A DNA stretch of 64,000 nucleotides from Schizochytrium sp. TIO01 (lineage: Eukaryota > Protista > Bigyra: Labyrinthulomycetes). The DNA is taken from NCBI GenBank assembly GCA_004764695.1, contig SMSO01000035.1:4538040-4602039 (forward strand). Reading direction: 5' to 3'. A program made the position numbers and the translations under genes. The notes beneath the pieces were generated by a model, which was given only the letters and a program-made list of their open reading frames with translations, was not told the origin of the DNA and ran no database searches. Below are positions 22,526 through 35,326 of this stretch, in pieces (within the stretch, counting starts at the first letter, position 1; every line of letters begins with the position of its first letter).

Positions 22526-24743
22526 ATCTTGTCCTAGGCTCAGCCTATCTCAGTTCGTAGGCGGGTTTGATCAATTGCATCTGCACTATGCTCATTACTT
22601 TGTCTGACGAACTGGCCATTACTGCAGGATAACCTCAAACGGACAGGAGTATGCCGCTGTTTAATCTAGAGACCTTTTGATCCAACTGTTCCCTGCACTG
22701 AAATTTATTGCGATTGGAAAGCATGCATACGTACACATTCACTCCAGCAATATCCTCTTTGGTTATTTTTGGCAGTGACCTGGAAGCTGAAGCGAGAGAG
22801 AGATAGTTCACCTCGATGACTCTTTCGTGAAAAGATTTCCTGTGGTTGTTAGTGTTAGCCCCGCAATTCTCCCTCATACTGACTATGCGTTAATTAAAAA
22901 CCTTCCCTTTCGTTGTGTTCAACGCAATTGTGCTCTCAAGCCGTCAAACACACATACGCACAACTCATTATCTTTCTCCGCACCATGGTGTAATTGAGCA
23001 AGGAATGAATATGTTTCTAATACATTCACATACATTTTCATCTTTTTTTGTTTCATCATCCTGAAACGCTTCCTTTCCTCTTGATATTGAAAACTCCAAA
23101 ACATGATATGCAGCCATGTATGGATTTCTTGGTTCATAGTATATCTTGTCCGGTCCCTTCGAGTTTTCAGAATAGTTTTCCCATTGTATCATGCAAGTAT
23201 TTTAACATGTACACGAAAACAGCTAATCATTATATTTTAGAAAGTAAAAACTCCCTTTTAATATGCAAAAGCATAAATTCCTCGTGAGAAATACATACTA
23301 CAACGAAGGTTTCGAAAACCGTGTAAACTTCGAGCCAGGAGGAAAGTGCAGTCTTACGAGATGTTGATGGGGTTTACAAGTTCTCTTTGAGGAGTAGATG
23401 GAATATCAGATTGATACCCTTCTAAGTATTACTAAGATCAAGTCGGGGAATGAATAAATCCTTAGGTTGGCGGCACTTATCCTGAGCCATAGTATGGATG
23501 AGAGTTCTGATACAAAACTATACCAGTCGCGCTATAACTCTTTAATTTCTGGGGTTAAGATATAGTGAATATCAAATCAGAATATAGATACGACCATAGG
23601 TTGAGAACGCCTGAATAGCTGTTCCTTATAAATCTGCACTTGACCAGCTACTCCCAACGTATAAAACGTGATTGTTTAATGACAGTGTCCAATTCTGCTA
23701 GTTCTCTTAAGAAAGCGATATCGGAAATTCAGGAGTTTTACCACGAAACGATGTTAGAAATGTTTCTTTTCATTTTTAGTGTTCCAGGCCAGACACTTGC
23801 AATCCTGGTATTGGTCTTAGAAAATATCACCCAATGTCAGGGACATCGGCATTATGTACCTTTACAAGTAATTTCAAAAAAGACAATCCTGAATGGCCTG
23901 AGTGGTATTTGTTTTGCCAATTTTATGAACATTTCCAAAGAACAGATTTCCATAATGGAAACTTATGGAATAATTAGAACAAAGGCCACCAGGTTCTTTT
24001 GAAGATGTTTCCCTGCAACAGAGCTGTGGAGGTCTGACATTACCGTACCAATTCGAAAAAGGTTTCTGAATATTGATAACGGGACCAAGTTTGCCTAGAC
24101 TACAACAGCAAGGGACTTTGATACATCTTAAGAGGTATGTATTCGAACAAGACTAGTTTTCTTGTTTTCTTTCCTAAACGCTGCGGTATGAATTGATGCT
24201 ATAGATGCACCGGGCATGTTCTGCCGCTTATTGCTCAATTCTAAACAACAATTTTAAGATCAACGGGCTGCTATTATGCATAATTTGCAGGTAAAGAAAA
24301 CCTGATCCATGAAAAAGTTGAGCAAAACAAACAAACTAGCTGATGCGAACGGAAATATTCCCTCTTTATGTTGTTGCGATGAAGGAGAACATCTAAACAA
24401 GAAGAAGACGCTCAAGGACTTTATTTATTTTTTAATTGAAAGACGTCTTAATTCAAGCCATTCTTGTCGGTTCAAAACTAGATGCAGATGAGATACAAGG
24501 TCCGTCTTCAACTAGCTTCCCTAAGTGACAGGCCAAAAGAACCTTCAGAAAGAATGTATTTCTTCAAGTTCAAAGTTCATTAAGCAAACAGGAGATCAAC
24601 TCAAAATAATAGTTTCCTCCGAAAAAAATTGAGCGTGCCTCCGCAGGTAAAACAGACTCATGAATCACAACTATCAAGGACTAACAGCACAAGTAATAAA
24701 GAGGATCGGGGGTTAAAGCCTTTGTGGTTTATAAAGTTTAGTC

Positions 24744-25541
24744 TCAAGCCTTAAGGGTAGCGGTCTTCTTGAGGAAGTCAGAGTGCTCCTGGAAGGGGCT
24801 GCGGCCGAGAGCGCGGGGGGCCCAGAGGTCCGGGCTGAGGAAGCCGTAGGACTTAACGAGTGCCTGGTAGAGGGCCTTGACGAAGTTGGTGGTGGTACGG
24901 GTGTGGCCGGAAGAGGAGGTGTAGACATCCTGGATACCGGCCATGGAGAGAAGCTTACGGGCCACGGGGGAGGCACAGAGACCGGTACCACGGGGGGCCG
25001 GGATAAGGCGAGTGCGGACGGAAGAGCACTTGCCGGTGAGCTTGCAGGAAACAGTGTGGGGCTTGCCGACCTTGTTACCCCAGTAGCCACGGCGAATAGG
25101 GGCGACGTTGACCTTGGCGTTCTTGAGGGCACCCTGGATGGCGTTGGCAACCTCAGAGGCGACCTTGGAGCCGAGACCGATGTGGCCGTTGCCATCACCG
25201 ACAGCGACGAAGGCCTTGAAGCGAGTGCGCTGACCGGCGGTGGTCTGCTTCTGGACAGGGACAATCTTCATGACCTCGTCCTTGAGGGAGTCCTCCGGGA
25301 AGAAGGCCTCAATGATTTCAGGCTCCTTGACGGGGAGGGAGAACAAGAAGATCTCCTCGATCGACTTGAACTTGCCCTCCTTTACCAAGCGGCCGAGCTT
25401 GGTGACGGGGACCCATGCCTCCTTGTCACCACGGCGACCACGGCCACGGCCACGACCGCGACCACGGCCACGACCACGTCCGCGACCACGGCCGAAGCCA
25501 CCACGGCCGCGAGGAGCTTCAGCACCTGCACCTGCCTCCAT
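24744..25541 (-). CDS. RPS2: 40S ribosomal protein S2 (uS5)
   Basis: N-terminal RG repeats, [56 protein letters not shown] at 25541 in tcaagATGg context. Confidence 0.98.
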   Translation of the reverse strand: MEAGAGAEAPRGRGGFGRGRGRGRGRGRGRGRGRGRRGDKEAWVPVTKLGRLVKEGKFKSIEEIFLFSLPVKEPEIIEAFFPEDSLKDEVMKIVPVQKQTTAGQRTRFKAFVAVGDGNGHIGLGSKVASEVANAIQGALKNAKVNVAPIRRGYWGNKVGKPHTVSCKLTGKCSSVRTRLIPAPRGTGLCASPVARKLLSMAGIQDVYTSSSGHTRTTTNFVKALYQALVKSYGFLSPDLWAPRALGRSPFQEHSDFLKKTATLKA

Positions 25542-25580
25542 CTTGACAAATTGACTTTCCACGAGTCAAGCAAGCACTAC

Positions 25581-26201
25581 CTGTATTTTAATAATGCAAT
25601 GATGAAATCAAAATATTGATTGCAATTTGCACACCAAAGTATTATTCAATCAAAACAGAAATAAAAGTTAGTTTCTCCGTCACCACTCAATTCCCTTCAA
25701 ATATAAGGTCTCTCAGAGAACGATACAGACACAACTTGGTACTCTCAATAATCAACAGTTGATTGATGCGCTCTGCAATAAAAACAAGGTGATCAACAGA
25801 TAACACGATGATGTCATTTTCCCTGACCAGGCATGCTGCATTGAAGATCCCAACATCTCCATATATCAGTAGATTGGCCGTTCACTCTTAACGATGTTGT
25901 TGCCCATGGTTTTCTTGGTTAGCTCGTAAAGCCACACGAAGATACCAGAGACCTCAAGCATCGCTCGAGAAATGTGAAAGGGGAAAATGCTGCGAGTGCC
26001 AAGCCAACAAGCAAGCCACCCAGGTCGTTCATGCGTGCATCCGCTCATCCATCTTGCTCCATGCCGCCACACAACCTCAGCCGAGTGCTAGAGGAATATT
26101 CCAAGGGCCTATGAGGCTTATCCACCAGCCCGCAGGCTGGCACCTGCTCAGCCAGCACCGTCCTTCGTCGCCCTCGCGACGCCACCGTCGCCTCTACGTA
26201 C
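25581..26201 (-). other. Predicted 5'-UTR intron of RPS2 (621 nt)
   Basis: Minus-strand donor GTACGT at 26201-26196, the same hexamer as the intron at 52902. Acceptor ...TAAAATACAG ending at 25581, 40 nt before the ATG, with U-rich sequence upstream of it. Confidence 0.5.
25706..25954 (-). ncRNA. Candidate intronic box C/D guide RNA with a U6 snRNA antisense element
   Basis: Minus strand reads UCUGUAUCGUUC-U-CUGA (25729-25713), 12 nt complementary to the conserved U6 sequence GAACGAUACAGA, abutting a D box. A 7-bp inverted repeat (25706-25712 with 25948-25954) could close it. No canonical C box found, so the 5' boundary is uncertain. Confidence 0.4.
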
Positions 26202-26467
26202 GCTGCGATTCTGCCGCTGCCTCGAATGCCCTTCGCGCAGGCGCCCTCAATTTGCTCCCCGTATTCCCCCATATTATCTCTGCTTCTCTCCAAGCGAAAT
26301 ATTCCCCGCATTCCCCGTTGCTTGTGCTGCCTTTGTTTTCTGTGCACCACTCGATTGATTCCCTGTATTCCCCATAATCACACAATGGAGCACCAATGAT
26401 CCCTGTGTTCCCTGTAATAATCATTAAGTTTACTTACTAAGGGGTGAAAAGGCGCCGAAGGAAGGTA

Positions 26468-26481
26468 AAACCCTAACCCTA
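26468..26481. promoter_or_regulatory. Telo-box-like motif (AAACCCTAACCCTA) in the divergent RPS2/MetF intergenic region
   Basis: Sequence directly visible. AAACCCTA telo-boxes are established in plant ribosomal-protein promoters; a role here is inferred. Confidence 0.35.
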
Positions 26482-26868
26482 TTAGTGGAGGAGGGACCAC
26501 GAGGGCCGCGAGGACTGGGTGTGCGAAATGAGAATAGGTGTGTTCGGGGACAGTCAATGGCGTACCGTCGGGTTCTGCGGGGACGCAGGAACTGGTAGTT
26601 GGGATTGGAGTCTTAGGAGTTGGGCGTAGGATAGTGAGGGTACCTATGAGAAGTATTGTTTGGGATAGAGATCAAGAAACATGAGCAGAAAAGATATATA
26701 GAGCGAGAAGAACGATCAGCAAAACGACAACAAGAAGAAGAGCTGGACGCAGGCTCCAGCATAAGGTTGTTCTGATCCAAGGACGATTGCTTTAGCTGAT
26801 TTCGAAGGGTCAGAGAGAGTGAGGAACTTGTTGCACTTTGAAGAAAGTTTGTGAAAATCCTAAATACC

Positions 26869-27753
26869 ATGAGCATCGCCGCCTCGAAGAACGTGCTGCG
26901 CCGCGTGCGACTTGAGGTCACTCCACGCTGGGTTTTGAGAGCTCGGACACCTGAGGAAGGCGAGTTCGAGACTATTGTCAAGGACCATAAGTTTAGCATT
27001 GCATACATTCCGCCTCGTAAGGATGAGACAGCTGCCCAGGCCAGGGACAGGATCTTGCAATCCTGCGAGGCCCTCGTTAAAGCCCAGGCTGCAGATGTCT
27101 GCTGTCATGTGCCTGCACGACGCTTTGCAAGTCGCTCTGAAATGGCAGATTTTGGCAGAGCACTTGCTGATATTGGAGTCACAGAGGTCCTCGCTCTAGG
27201 TGGGGATGGAACCGTGTTTAGCCCAGACTGCGAGCAAGCCACAGACGTTTTAGAAACTCTGCTGGCTGAGCCCAAAGCGCATGGTGCACTTACCAACATT
27301 GGACTTGCCGCATACCCAGATGGGCATGCACTTGTCAATGATGACGGTTTTCTGGCGTCTATGGAACGCAAGGCTACAATTCTGCAGGAGGGCAAGCGGG
27401 ACCCTGCAAAAGATATTTTTCTAGCTACGCAGCTTGGACTCAGTGCGGAGAACTGGCTCGCATGGCGTCAGAGATTGCATACCCGTGTGCCATTTTTCCG
27501 CGACGTTGAAATCTGCACAGGTGTATTTGGGCTAATTGAGGCCTCCATGACTCGTCGCATTGCTGCCCGGCTCGGTTTTGGCAAGTACTTGCTAGATGAG
27601 GTAGAAAAAATGCCAGCAGACGCCTTAATGAATCATTACTCTGCGGATTTTTGCAAGGCTTGCGAGCCTGCTTCTTCCTCACTCTATGTATCAGCCTTTG
27701 ACACAAAGGTCCTGGAAGCGCTCGAATATTACAAACATATGCAGCTTAAGTGA
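26869..27753 (+). CDS. metF: Short bacterial-type methylenetetrahydrofolate reductase (MetF-like FAD TIM barrel), no regulatory domain
   Basis: ATG at 26869. RLEVTPR, CHVPARRF, EVLALGGDG, IGLAAYPDGH, ERKA and FLATQL correspond to the MTHFR catalytic-domain motifs. About 294 aa, intronless. Confidence 0.7.
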   Translation: MSIAASKNVLRRVRLEVTPRWVLRARTPEEGEFETIVKDHKFSIAYIPPRKDETAAQARDRILQSCEALVKAQAADVCCHVPARRFASRSEMADFGRALADIGVTEVLALGGDGTVFSPDCEQATDVLETLLAEPKAHGALTNIGLAAYPDGHALVNDDGFLASMERKATILQEGKRDPAKDIFLATQLGLSAENWLAWRQRLHTRVPFFRDVEICTGVFGLIEASMTRRIAARLGFGKYLLDEVEKMPADALMNHYSADFCKACEPASSSLYVSAFDTKVLEALEYYKHMQLK

Positions 27754-28769
27754 ACTCTTCCGGGTTTATAAACCTCAGCTGCAAAGCTATTAGTCTATAC
27801 TTTTGTACATCATGCATTATTTTCTTTTTGTAGCCATGGTTATCGCTGGAACTACCCTAGACCCATATTTCTCTCGGCAATTATAACCGTTAGACCAAAT
27901 ACCTAAACCATCTTTGTTGTATCTACTTTCTCAATTCACGCACTTTGAATGTTTAATTTGCTACCATGGCATCGACGCTGCTACCTATACCTTTTTACTT
28001 ATTCGATGAATTACAGAACCTATTGCGTAGGTATCACTCTTAAGAGGTAGCCTCCTTGTTTAGTAGTTTGTTATCAATCTATTTGTTTCTTGTTGTCTTC
28101 CTTTTTGGAGTGTTCGTGTTATTTCGTGAAGTCTTATGTTCAAAAAAGTGAAATCCGAGACAATGACAGGCACAACAATCTGAACTTATGATTCCTCGCC
28201 CGACACGTTTTTTGAAACAAACCAGGAAACCAAGCTGGCCTCAAATCGAATTGGTTTTTTAAACAAAATGAAACGTGTTAATACAAAAGAGCTACGAAAA
28301 CGACGCAATTAAAGTGTGTAGGCTCAGTTTCAAAACAACTAAGAGCTCCACCGGATTAAACTACATTCTGCTTTTTAAGCATACTATATTAAACATAGGT
28401 TTGCCAACCCGTGCAAATTCTGCATGCTTAAAAGTACAATCGAAGAGGTCACAGGAAGCATCACCTACGCAAAGCATATCTGACAGTTTGCGAGTCAATA
28501 CGCCCGCGTTAATTTCGCCTCCGTTCCCTTTCTAACCCCTGAATGCCTTGTTTGCTTTCAAAAGTACCCAAACGTCACACGCAAAAGATATTTTCTTTCT
28601 TGTTCCTTTCCTCTATTTTCTGATAATTTCAAAAGATCGTGCTTTGACCATTGCAATGACGCGCATTTACTTTAGTCACAAGGAGTCATGTTTTGAATCA
28701 GTTTGCAATAAACAAGCAAGCGCAAACAACGAAAAGAAAAGTAGGTATATCTCGAACGACCCTAAATAG

Positions 28770-28800
28770 TAGGGGTTCCATACTTAGGGGTTCCATACTT
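28770..28800. repeat. 15-bp direct tandem duplication (TAGGGGTTCCATACT x2)
   Basis: Directly visible. Confidence 0.8.
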
Positions 28801-31349
28801 TTCGTCATATTACTCTGCTTTGCAGAACCGTGCTATGAACACTCTCGGTTCTCTTCTACGAGGTTATTGCAGGCCAACCATCATGACATCCAGTCTCAGG
28901 CATGTGTGTGGCTAAGCAGAAGTACTATATTATCCCTGGTCAGCTGGAAAAATCAAGTTGGAAAGAAACCTCTGCGTCTCCAGTGCTAACGTTTGTCAAA
29001 GCTGTTGAGTTTTTGGTGATCTCTTTAAATTAAACGAAATCTCACTCGGTTGCCTTTCATTATACCTGAGTCAAACGTGACTCTACTACCCCGTGAAAGC
29101 AGACATTTCCTTTAAACTGAGATTTTATTCATATCATAGCATTGCGCATACGATCTTGAGACTAGTGATTCCTCCTCATGCCATATCTTTTGATTTAAGG
29201 TGTTGCCTAGAAATTCTTAATGGTTTTCAACCCACGAGTCCATTTCTTGTCTTTTGCAGATTTTAACCTCTTGATTCTCTTTTAGCTAGCTATCGATGAG
29301 AGGCGGAACTGTTAGCAGACTCTATGCTGAGAGCGCAAATGCCAAAAATGGATTCAAGGAGTCGACCCAAGCGGCCCTACGCGTGTACAAGGTCTTAGTA
29401 ATTGGTTGCATAGAAGGCCTTGAATGGGGCAACTGCAACTATTTAGTGAATACGTAGATGAGGATAAGTCGCTTGTAAATAGCCTTTTTGCTTTGAGCAT
29501 GGGCAAGTAGTATTGAAAGCCTGAAATATGTCCCATTGTGTAAACGTCACGTCAGTAAGCAAGGTACTTGTGTTTGCTCCATATATACACACTATTGAGT
29601 TAAGGCCGTCTTTACGAGTTCAGTGAACGATATATTTCGTACAAGTATATAAATGTTGCCTTTCATGGAGTGATCGTGCGAAGTGGTAGAGGAAGACTTG
29701 CAATTTCATCATGATTACCATGACTGGAGAGGCAACCAGAAGGACACTGAAGCCATACTTTGGGAGGGGAAGGAGGGCTCATCTACGGGTAAACCCTTTT
29801 ATGAAACATTGTACACAATACATGCTCAAGAGACGCCGCAACAGATCGGCGAACTAGACCTGGATACCATTTGACCATGATATGCAATCCTAAAACCTCA
29901 GCGAAAACAATAAGGCCACAATGCTGGCAATGAGCCCTACTTTACTATTAAATCTGTTTGACGTTCTCTAGCTCGCTACTGAGTTTGCACAACCACGATT
30001 AAATAGTGGTCATGCAACGAACAAGAATGATAGCTTACAGCTGATACCTTCCTAATTTTGGAAAAGCAACGCAAGAGGAAGGAAATCTTATCGTCAAAGG
30101 CTATACACGTTTCCAAACCTCAGTAGGGGAGACACACGTTATGAGCTGAGATTTTAAGGGTTTTCTATTCCTATTTTTTCAACCTCCGCTCGTAGCGTTC
30201 TGCTTAGTACGTAATATTCTCGTGTTTTGTCTCGTGATAATGACTGGTGTGAGAACGGTGCATGAGTGAAGTTTTAGCCAGGGAAAAGGTCCAGGCAATG
30301 TTGTGTTGTGAGGATCAGAGTGGTTCGATAGAATCATATGTTTTTTCTGTCTTGCATTTGATTTCATTCTATCCAAAGGTATTTTCTATAGTCATCTATT
30401 GTTCATTGAAGGAGTTGTTATGAATTTAATTTAGTGTGAGAAATAAAGGGTGAAATGTCTTGAGGGCACGGGATAGCCGAATAGATTAATTTTCATTCAT
30501 AATTGCGTCAACGAGTCAATGAAACAACATGATCAGTGTTTTGTAGTTAGAAAGATAGATAGTAGTTCTCTTAACCTCGGTACTAGCTTACTGAAAGTTG
30601 ATACCTGTCAACCGCAAGGATGATTGACTCAGATAGATGATGATCCTAGAATCATTGGTGCTATTGAAAAGACATAAAGTGAGGCAAAGAAATCGGGCTA
30701 AAGAGCCAGCATTTAGATTCTCGAGTCTATCATGATCTGTACTTTTATATGTGAAGTCTAACTTACCTATGACTTACGGATATCTAAGACATCATATGTA
30801 CTCACAAAGATCTTCTTCACCTATCAGTTTGTGTTTCATCTATTACAATCTATTGCAGAATTACACGAGTGTGCTAGTCATCCGTTGTAAGTCCTGATAG
30901 TCACCAATCGGAACGCTCAAGCACTCCCTAATTGTACTAATTATTGTCGTCCTACGTCTTATAGAAGAGACTGTGAAAGACTGTAGCTGCATCACCGCTG
31001 AGAGACGAATCTGGTTAGCTGGAGGATGAGGATGAGAAGGCTTCACAATGGCCCAAAGAAGGTTTAAGAAGGCAGGATAATATGTGGTTTTTACGAGTTA
31101 GAATTGGAGTAAGATTTCAAATGGAGCCTGATTTATATTGTAATTAGAAGACTAAGACATGCTTGAAATGTGCTAGACACAATTAACGAGGTTAGGTTAG
31201 CTCGTCTCTTTATCCAACAATTCAGCTTCCACCATACTTATTCCTAGGGAATGTCTATGCATACATTTAGTGGTTGACTTCTCAACCACGCAAGCCTGGT
31301 TGTCTAGTTCTTTTCTGTTGCAAGCCCTCTACAGGTCTCACAACGGGTA

Positions 31350-33000
31350 CCTAGAACTCTGGCAATGTCCTGTCAGCTAGTTCCTTCGATTGGAGATCCC
31401 AATTATCACTTTTGCTTGCATTATTGCTACACGATCTCAGTTTAGCAGGCTAAATACTGATCACTCCTTTCATATGGTACACAATATCTGCAGCTTGTTC
31501 ACACAAGAAAGAGAACTTTTTAGTAAGTTCTTTCATTCTAGGTGCTTTGTGTTAATTACTAAGCTCTTTATCGAGCTTGGAGAGATACTCCTATTCTTGG
31601 ATATTTTTCACAATCGCCTTCTCTGATCGGCAGGTTCGTTGTTGAGCTTTTAGAAAGCCCCTTCCGTTGCTGGTCTTCATCGCGACCTTTGAATTTCCCT
31701 TTTGATCGTGCAACCTTTCTAATAAACTCCCAGCGTACAGGAACACCGTGGCATCACTTCTGACTCGTCCTGTAAGACCAGCAGTTTCAAGGGTTTCTTC
31801 AGTCTTTGCTATTCGAAAAGAAGGTGCACAAGCAGTGGAATATTTGATGTGCCAAAGAGCTTCTCCTTGGTCAAAGTATTCTTGGTCATAGTGCTGGCAG
31901 ATACTTTAAGACTCAGCGAAGCTTGCGTGCATGTTGAAAGTCCAGCACCTGCATACGGAAGTTTTTCTTGGCTATAAAAATGAAGGGTTGATGTAGAGTA
32001 GAACTCTGGTAGAGACGATAATTCAAAGGCTGGTACTTTGACATTCCTTATATTTCTACCCAGCGCGATCTGGTGAACTAAAAACGGCACACTCAACTAT
32101 AATACTAGCCTCAGGACAATCCATGCTTCTGTTTATAAAGCATTTAGAACAAAGCTTGTGTATAGCCCCATTTGAATTTGCATGGTGATCCCCAATGAGT
32201 CCTTTCGAACCAAAATGTAAATTTGGGACTGGGTGGATCATTGATACATCCATAAGTCCCGTGCTCAAAGAGTCCGCCCAGAACTTGAAGAAAATGCGGT
32301 GTCAGAGCCATCACTTGCTACCACGGGGAAAACACTTGACGGTTCAAGTTTGGCTCGGGTGGTGCCATCCTAGTTTGTTCCCAACCAAAGAACCTGAAGC
32401 CTATATTTTCCTGAGGGTCCTGCATTAATTTTGTCCAGAGGCTGCTTAGCATTGATTCGGGTCCATCCTGGCAAAAGACTATAAAGATTTGAATCCTTTG
32501 CGACATTAATTCTCCATCGGCTCGGGACCCGACATCTTCAGTAGATAAACTACAGTCCCGTGGGGGAATTCAAAAGTGTCATTAACGGGGGTACACCTTG
32601 CACTGTAGCTTATTATCTCCTGTATCAGCGGGCGCGTCCCATACGTGATAGTGCATTATGAAGGAGATTTCTGAAATTCAAGTTGGGGAAACCATCACAG
32701 CCATTTGATTCATCAAAGTGCTCAAAATTTTATACCTTGGTAGACGAATCAATGGGATTATCACAAGCTGCCTCCGGGAGCTTCTTTTCGCCCTGTGTCT
32801 CAAAGGTTTGTTGTTTCGCTTGTGCAATAACAACCTGTCATTTCTTGATTTCGACGAGACTAAGTAGCACATTTTATACCCTTTGGATGGGTGGTATTAT
32901 GAAGAATAGCAGCCTTCCCAGCGCCAAATTGCGCTTGCTTAAATAAGAACTTTAGCTACCCTTCTTTCAAGATTTATAAAGTTGTTTTGGCCTTGTCCAT
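31350..33000 (-). pseudogene. Possible decayed gene or transposon remnant, unidentified
   Basis: Protein-like stretches broken by stops and frameshifts, e.g. EKAIVKNIQE*EYLSKLDKELSN*HKAPRMKELTKKFSFLCEQAADIVYHMKGVISI* and QVVIAQAKQQTFETQGEKKLPEAACDNPIDSSTKV*NFEHFDES. Confidence 0.3.
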
Positions 33001-35291
33001 TTGCTTGTGATTCTGTCAACCTTTGAAATTTTGATGCTGCTAGATCTTAAGTTGATTGATCTGTTGCTAAAAAGAGTTCTTAAACTTGCAAAACACTAAT
33101 AAGCACAGGGTCTTACACGATTTAAAAAAGAACAAAACAGGCAATTCTGCTGTTTCTTTTCACTGATTAAGTCAGATATAGTTTTTATTCGAAATTGAGC
33201 AATTATATTTGCAAATTCTTATCCTCTTTGATGCTCTGCGTGTCAGTAATAGCAAATACTCGCAAGAAATTCATCATTTAGCTCAAACTGACCATACCAT
33301 GATGAAGTCAAATGCCAGTTTGATCTGAAGACATTTATACATCCTGCCATTGAAACCTCACAGGTAGGCCATCATCTCGCCACGGTTGCGGACTCCATTC
33401 CCAAATGCATGCGTGGGCTTGACAAAACACCCAAATTCAGGAGACGAAGAAGTAATTCGGACTGCTCTTAGGTAGTCAGATTATCCCTGATGGGTCAACA
33501 CAGGTTTTCGTATCACATACTGCCTACCGGAAGACCACTCTCAACTCTACAGCCCCATTCTCACAACTCCAGTAAGCCTCGTCTTTGCAACAGAGTTGAC
33601 CGGAGAGACCACGGAGATTGGAGATTTGGCCATAGTCCACGGTTACCATAACCTAATCGACTGCTACATACTACCTCCTTTAGTTGTGAAGCAAAGCGGC
33701 GTCCCTTTCAACCGCTTCCTCCGCTTCATAATTACGTGCTTCCTACCCCTTTAATGGCGCCCTCCCATGTGAATATAGCTGGTGCCCTGCGTCGCAATAG
33801 GGGTACAATGGGATATATCACTATCCGGAAGTTTGCCTGCAAACCTTCACACTGAGTGCTCGGCGAAAATAATACCAAGGCGTATTAAAATCATCTCAAG
33901 GCGTCCTAAATAACTTGAACATTTTTTTACTTCCCCTTCCTGAACATTATAAAGTTTAATTGAAAAGAAAAGGGAGGAAGTGCCAGTGATAGTAACAAAA
34001 AAAATAAAAAATAAAAATAGCAAACTATTTCTCCGAACCGACATAGCAGTAGTTATTACCTCAATAAGCTCCCAGTATCGGAGAAACTGTAGAGCTTCCG
34101 CCGCTATGTATGAAGGCGTAGAGAGCATACAGGGACAGGATGGTTATGTATTTGGCTGTTTCATGGGGCTCTCACGGGCAGACTCGGTCCTTCCGAAGCA
34201 TTGCTCTACAGCACGTTCCGCATTCGAGGGTCTTCAGCGCCGTAGGAGGAGGGCTTGGAGGCCGTGTCGTCTGAGCCAAGGCGGTTTTCCAGAGCAAGCC
34301 ACCACCACTCAAACTGGGTACATTCTTCGAAGAAGCATCAGAGTTGGCGACTTCTCGCGGAATCTTGGATGCTGACGATGACGCAATACTACTGATTACG
34401 TAAGACTAACTTGGAGGGTCCCACAGATCTTTGGAAACTAATAACTCCAAGTCTTAGGTCCTGTGCCATATGCCGGAAAGTCAGACACCTCGCGGCCTCG
34501 GACGTCGATGACTTCTCTTGACTTCAAGTCAGCGGCTCGAGACCAATCTCTTCGTAGGACCAAAGTCAGTCAGCTCATTGATAGGCCGCGACTTCTGCGA
34601 GGTACCGTACCACGATTCCATGGTTCTTGCAGCTCACCGAGTTCCTACTGCATTCAATAAGCGCACGCTAGGGTACCTTGCACTGGCAGATATTGGCAGG
34701 AATTGCAAGAGATCACCCATCTTGTCCGGTTGAAAAGCTCAAAGAAGTTGCCGTCGCTCAAGGCACGGGCCCCGCAATGGTATGGGTGGACAGCCAGCTC
34801 GAGATCTCCAAAGTCCCGTCCTCAAGCGCATTTGGTGCGGGGACCTGCGGCCTTTTCGGGCTTCGTGACCCCAAACCTGAACTACTCCAAGGTGCCGGAT
34901 CTCCATTCTTGCGCAACCCATTTTCTGCTGTGAATAACCAACTATTCCCTAAGTAGGTACGTGCCGCCTTGAACTGGTGAGGAGTACGAGGAAGAATCTA
35001 CGTAGCTGCTCTGTTCGTGTGAGTTTGTTTGATTGTTTGTTTGTTCATTCAAGTTTGTTCGTTCAAGTTGGTTTGTTTGTTCGTCTGTCTGCACCTGCTA
35101 CTGCTGCCGTGGTGGCCTCAAGCTGAGCATCGAAGACAGCACTTGGGCGTTGAATCGGTTTCTCAACGCCATTCTCACACTCGCATCTAAGCAGGCAGTG
35201 CTGCCAATGAATCCAGGTTTTCCATAGCAGTAGCACCGCCTAGCGACTGTTAGTTAGCATGGAACCCAAGGCGATTCAAGATCCAAAGGAT

Positions 35292-35326
<35 letters not shown>

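Noticed and set aside
31350-33000. Alternative genetic code (TAA/TAG read as Gln) in the stop-interrupted frames
   Set aside because: The frames also contain TGA stops and frameshifts, and intact genes in the window end in TAA, TAG and TGA.
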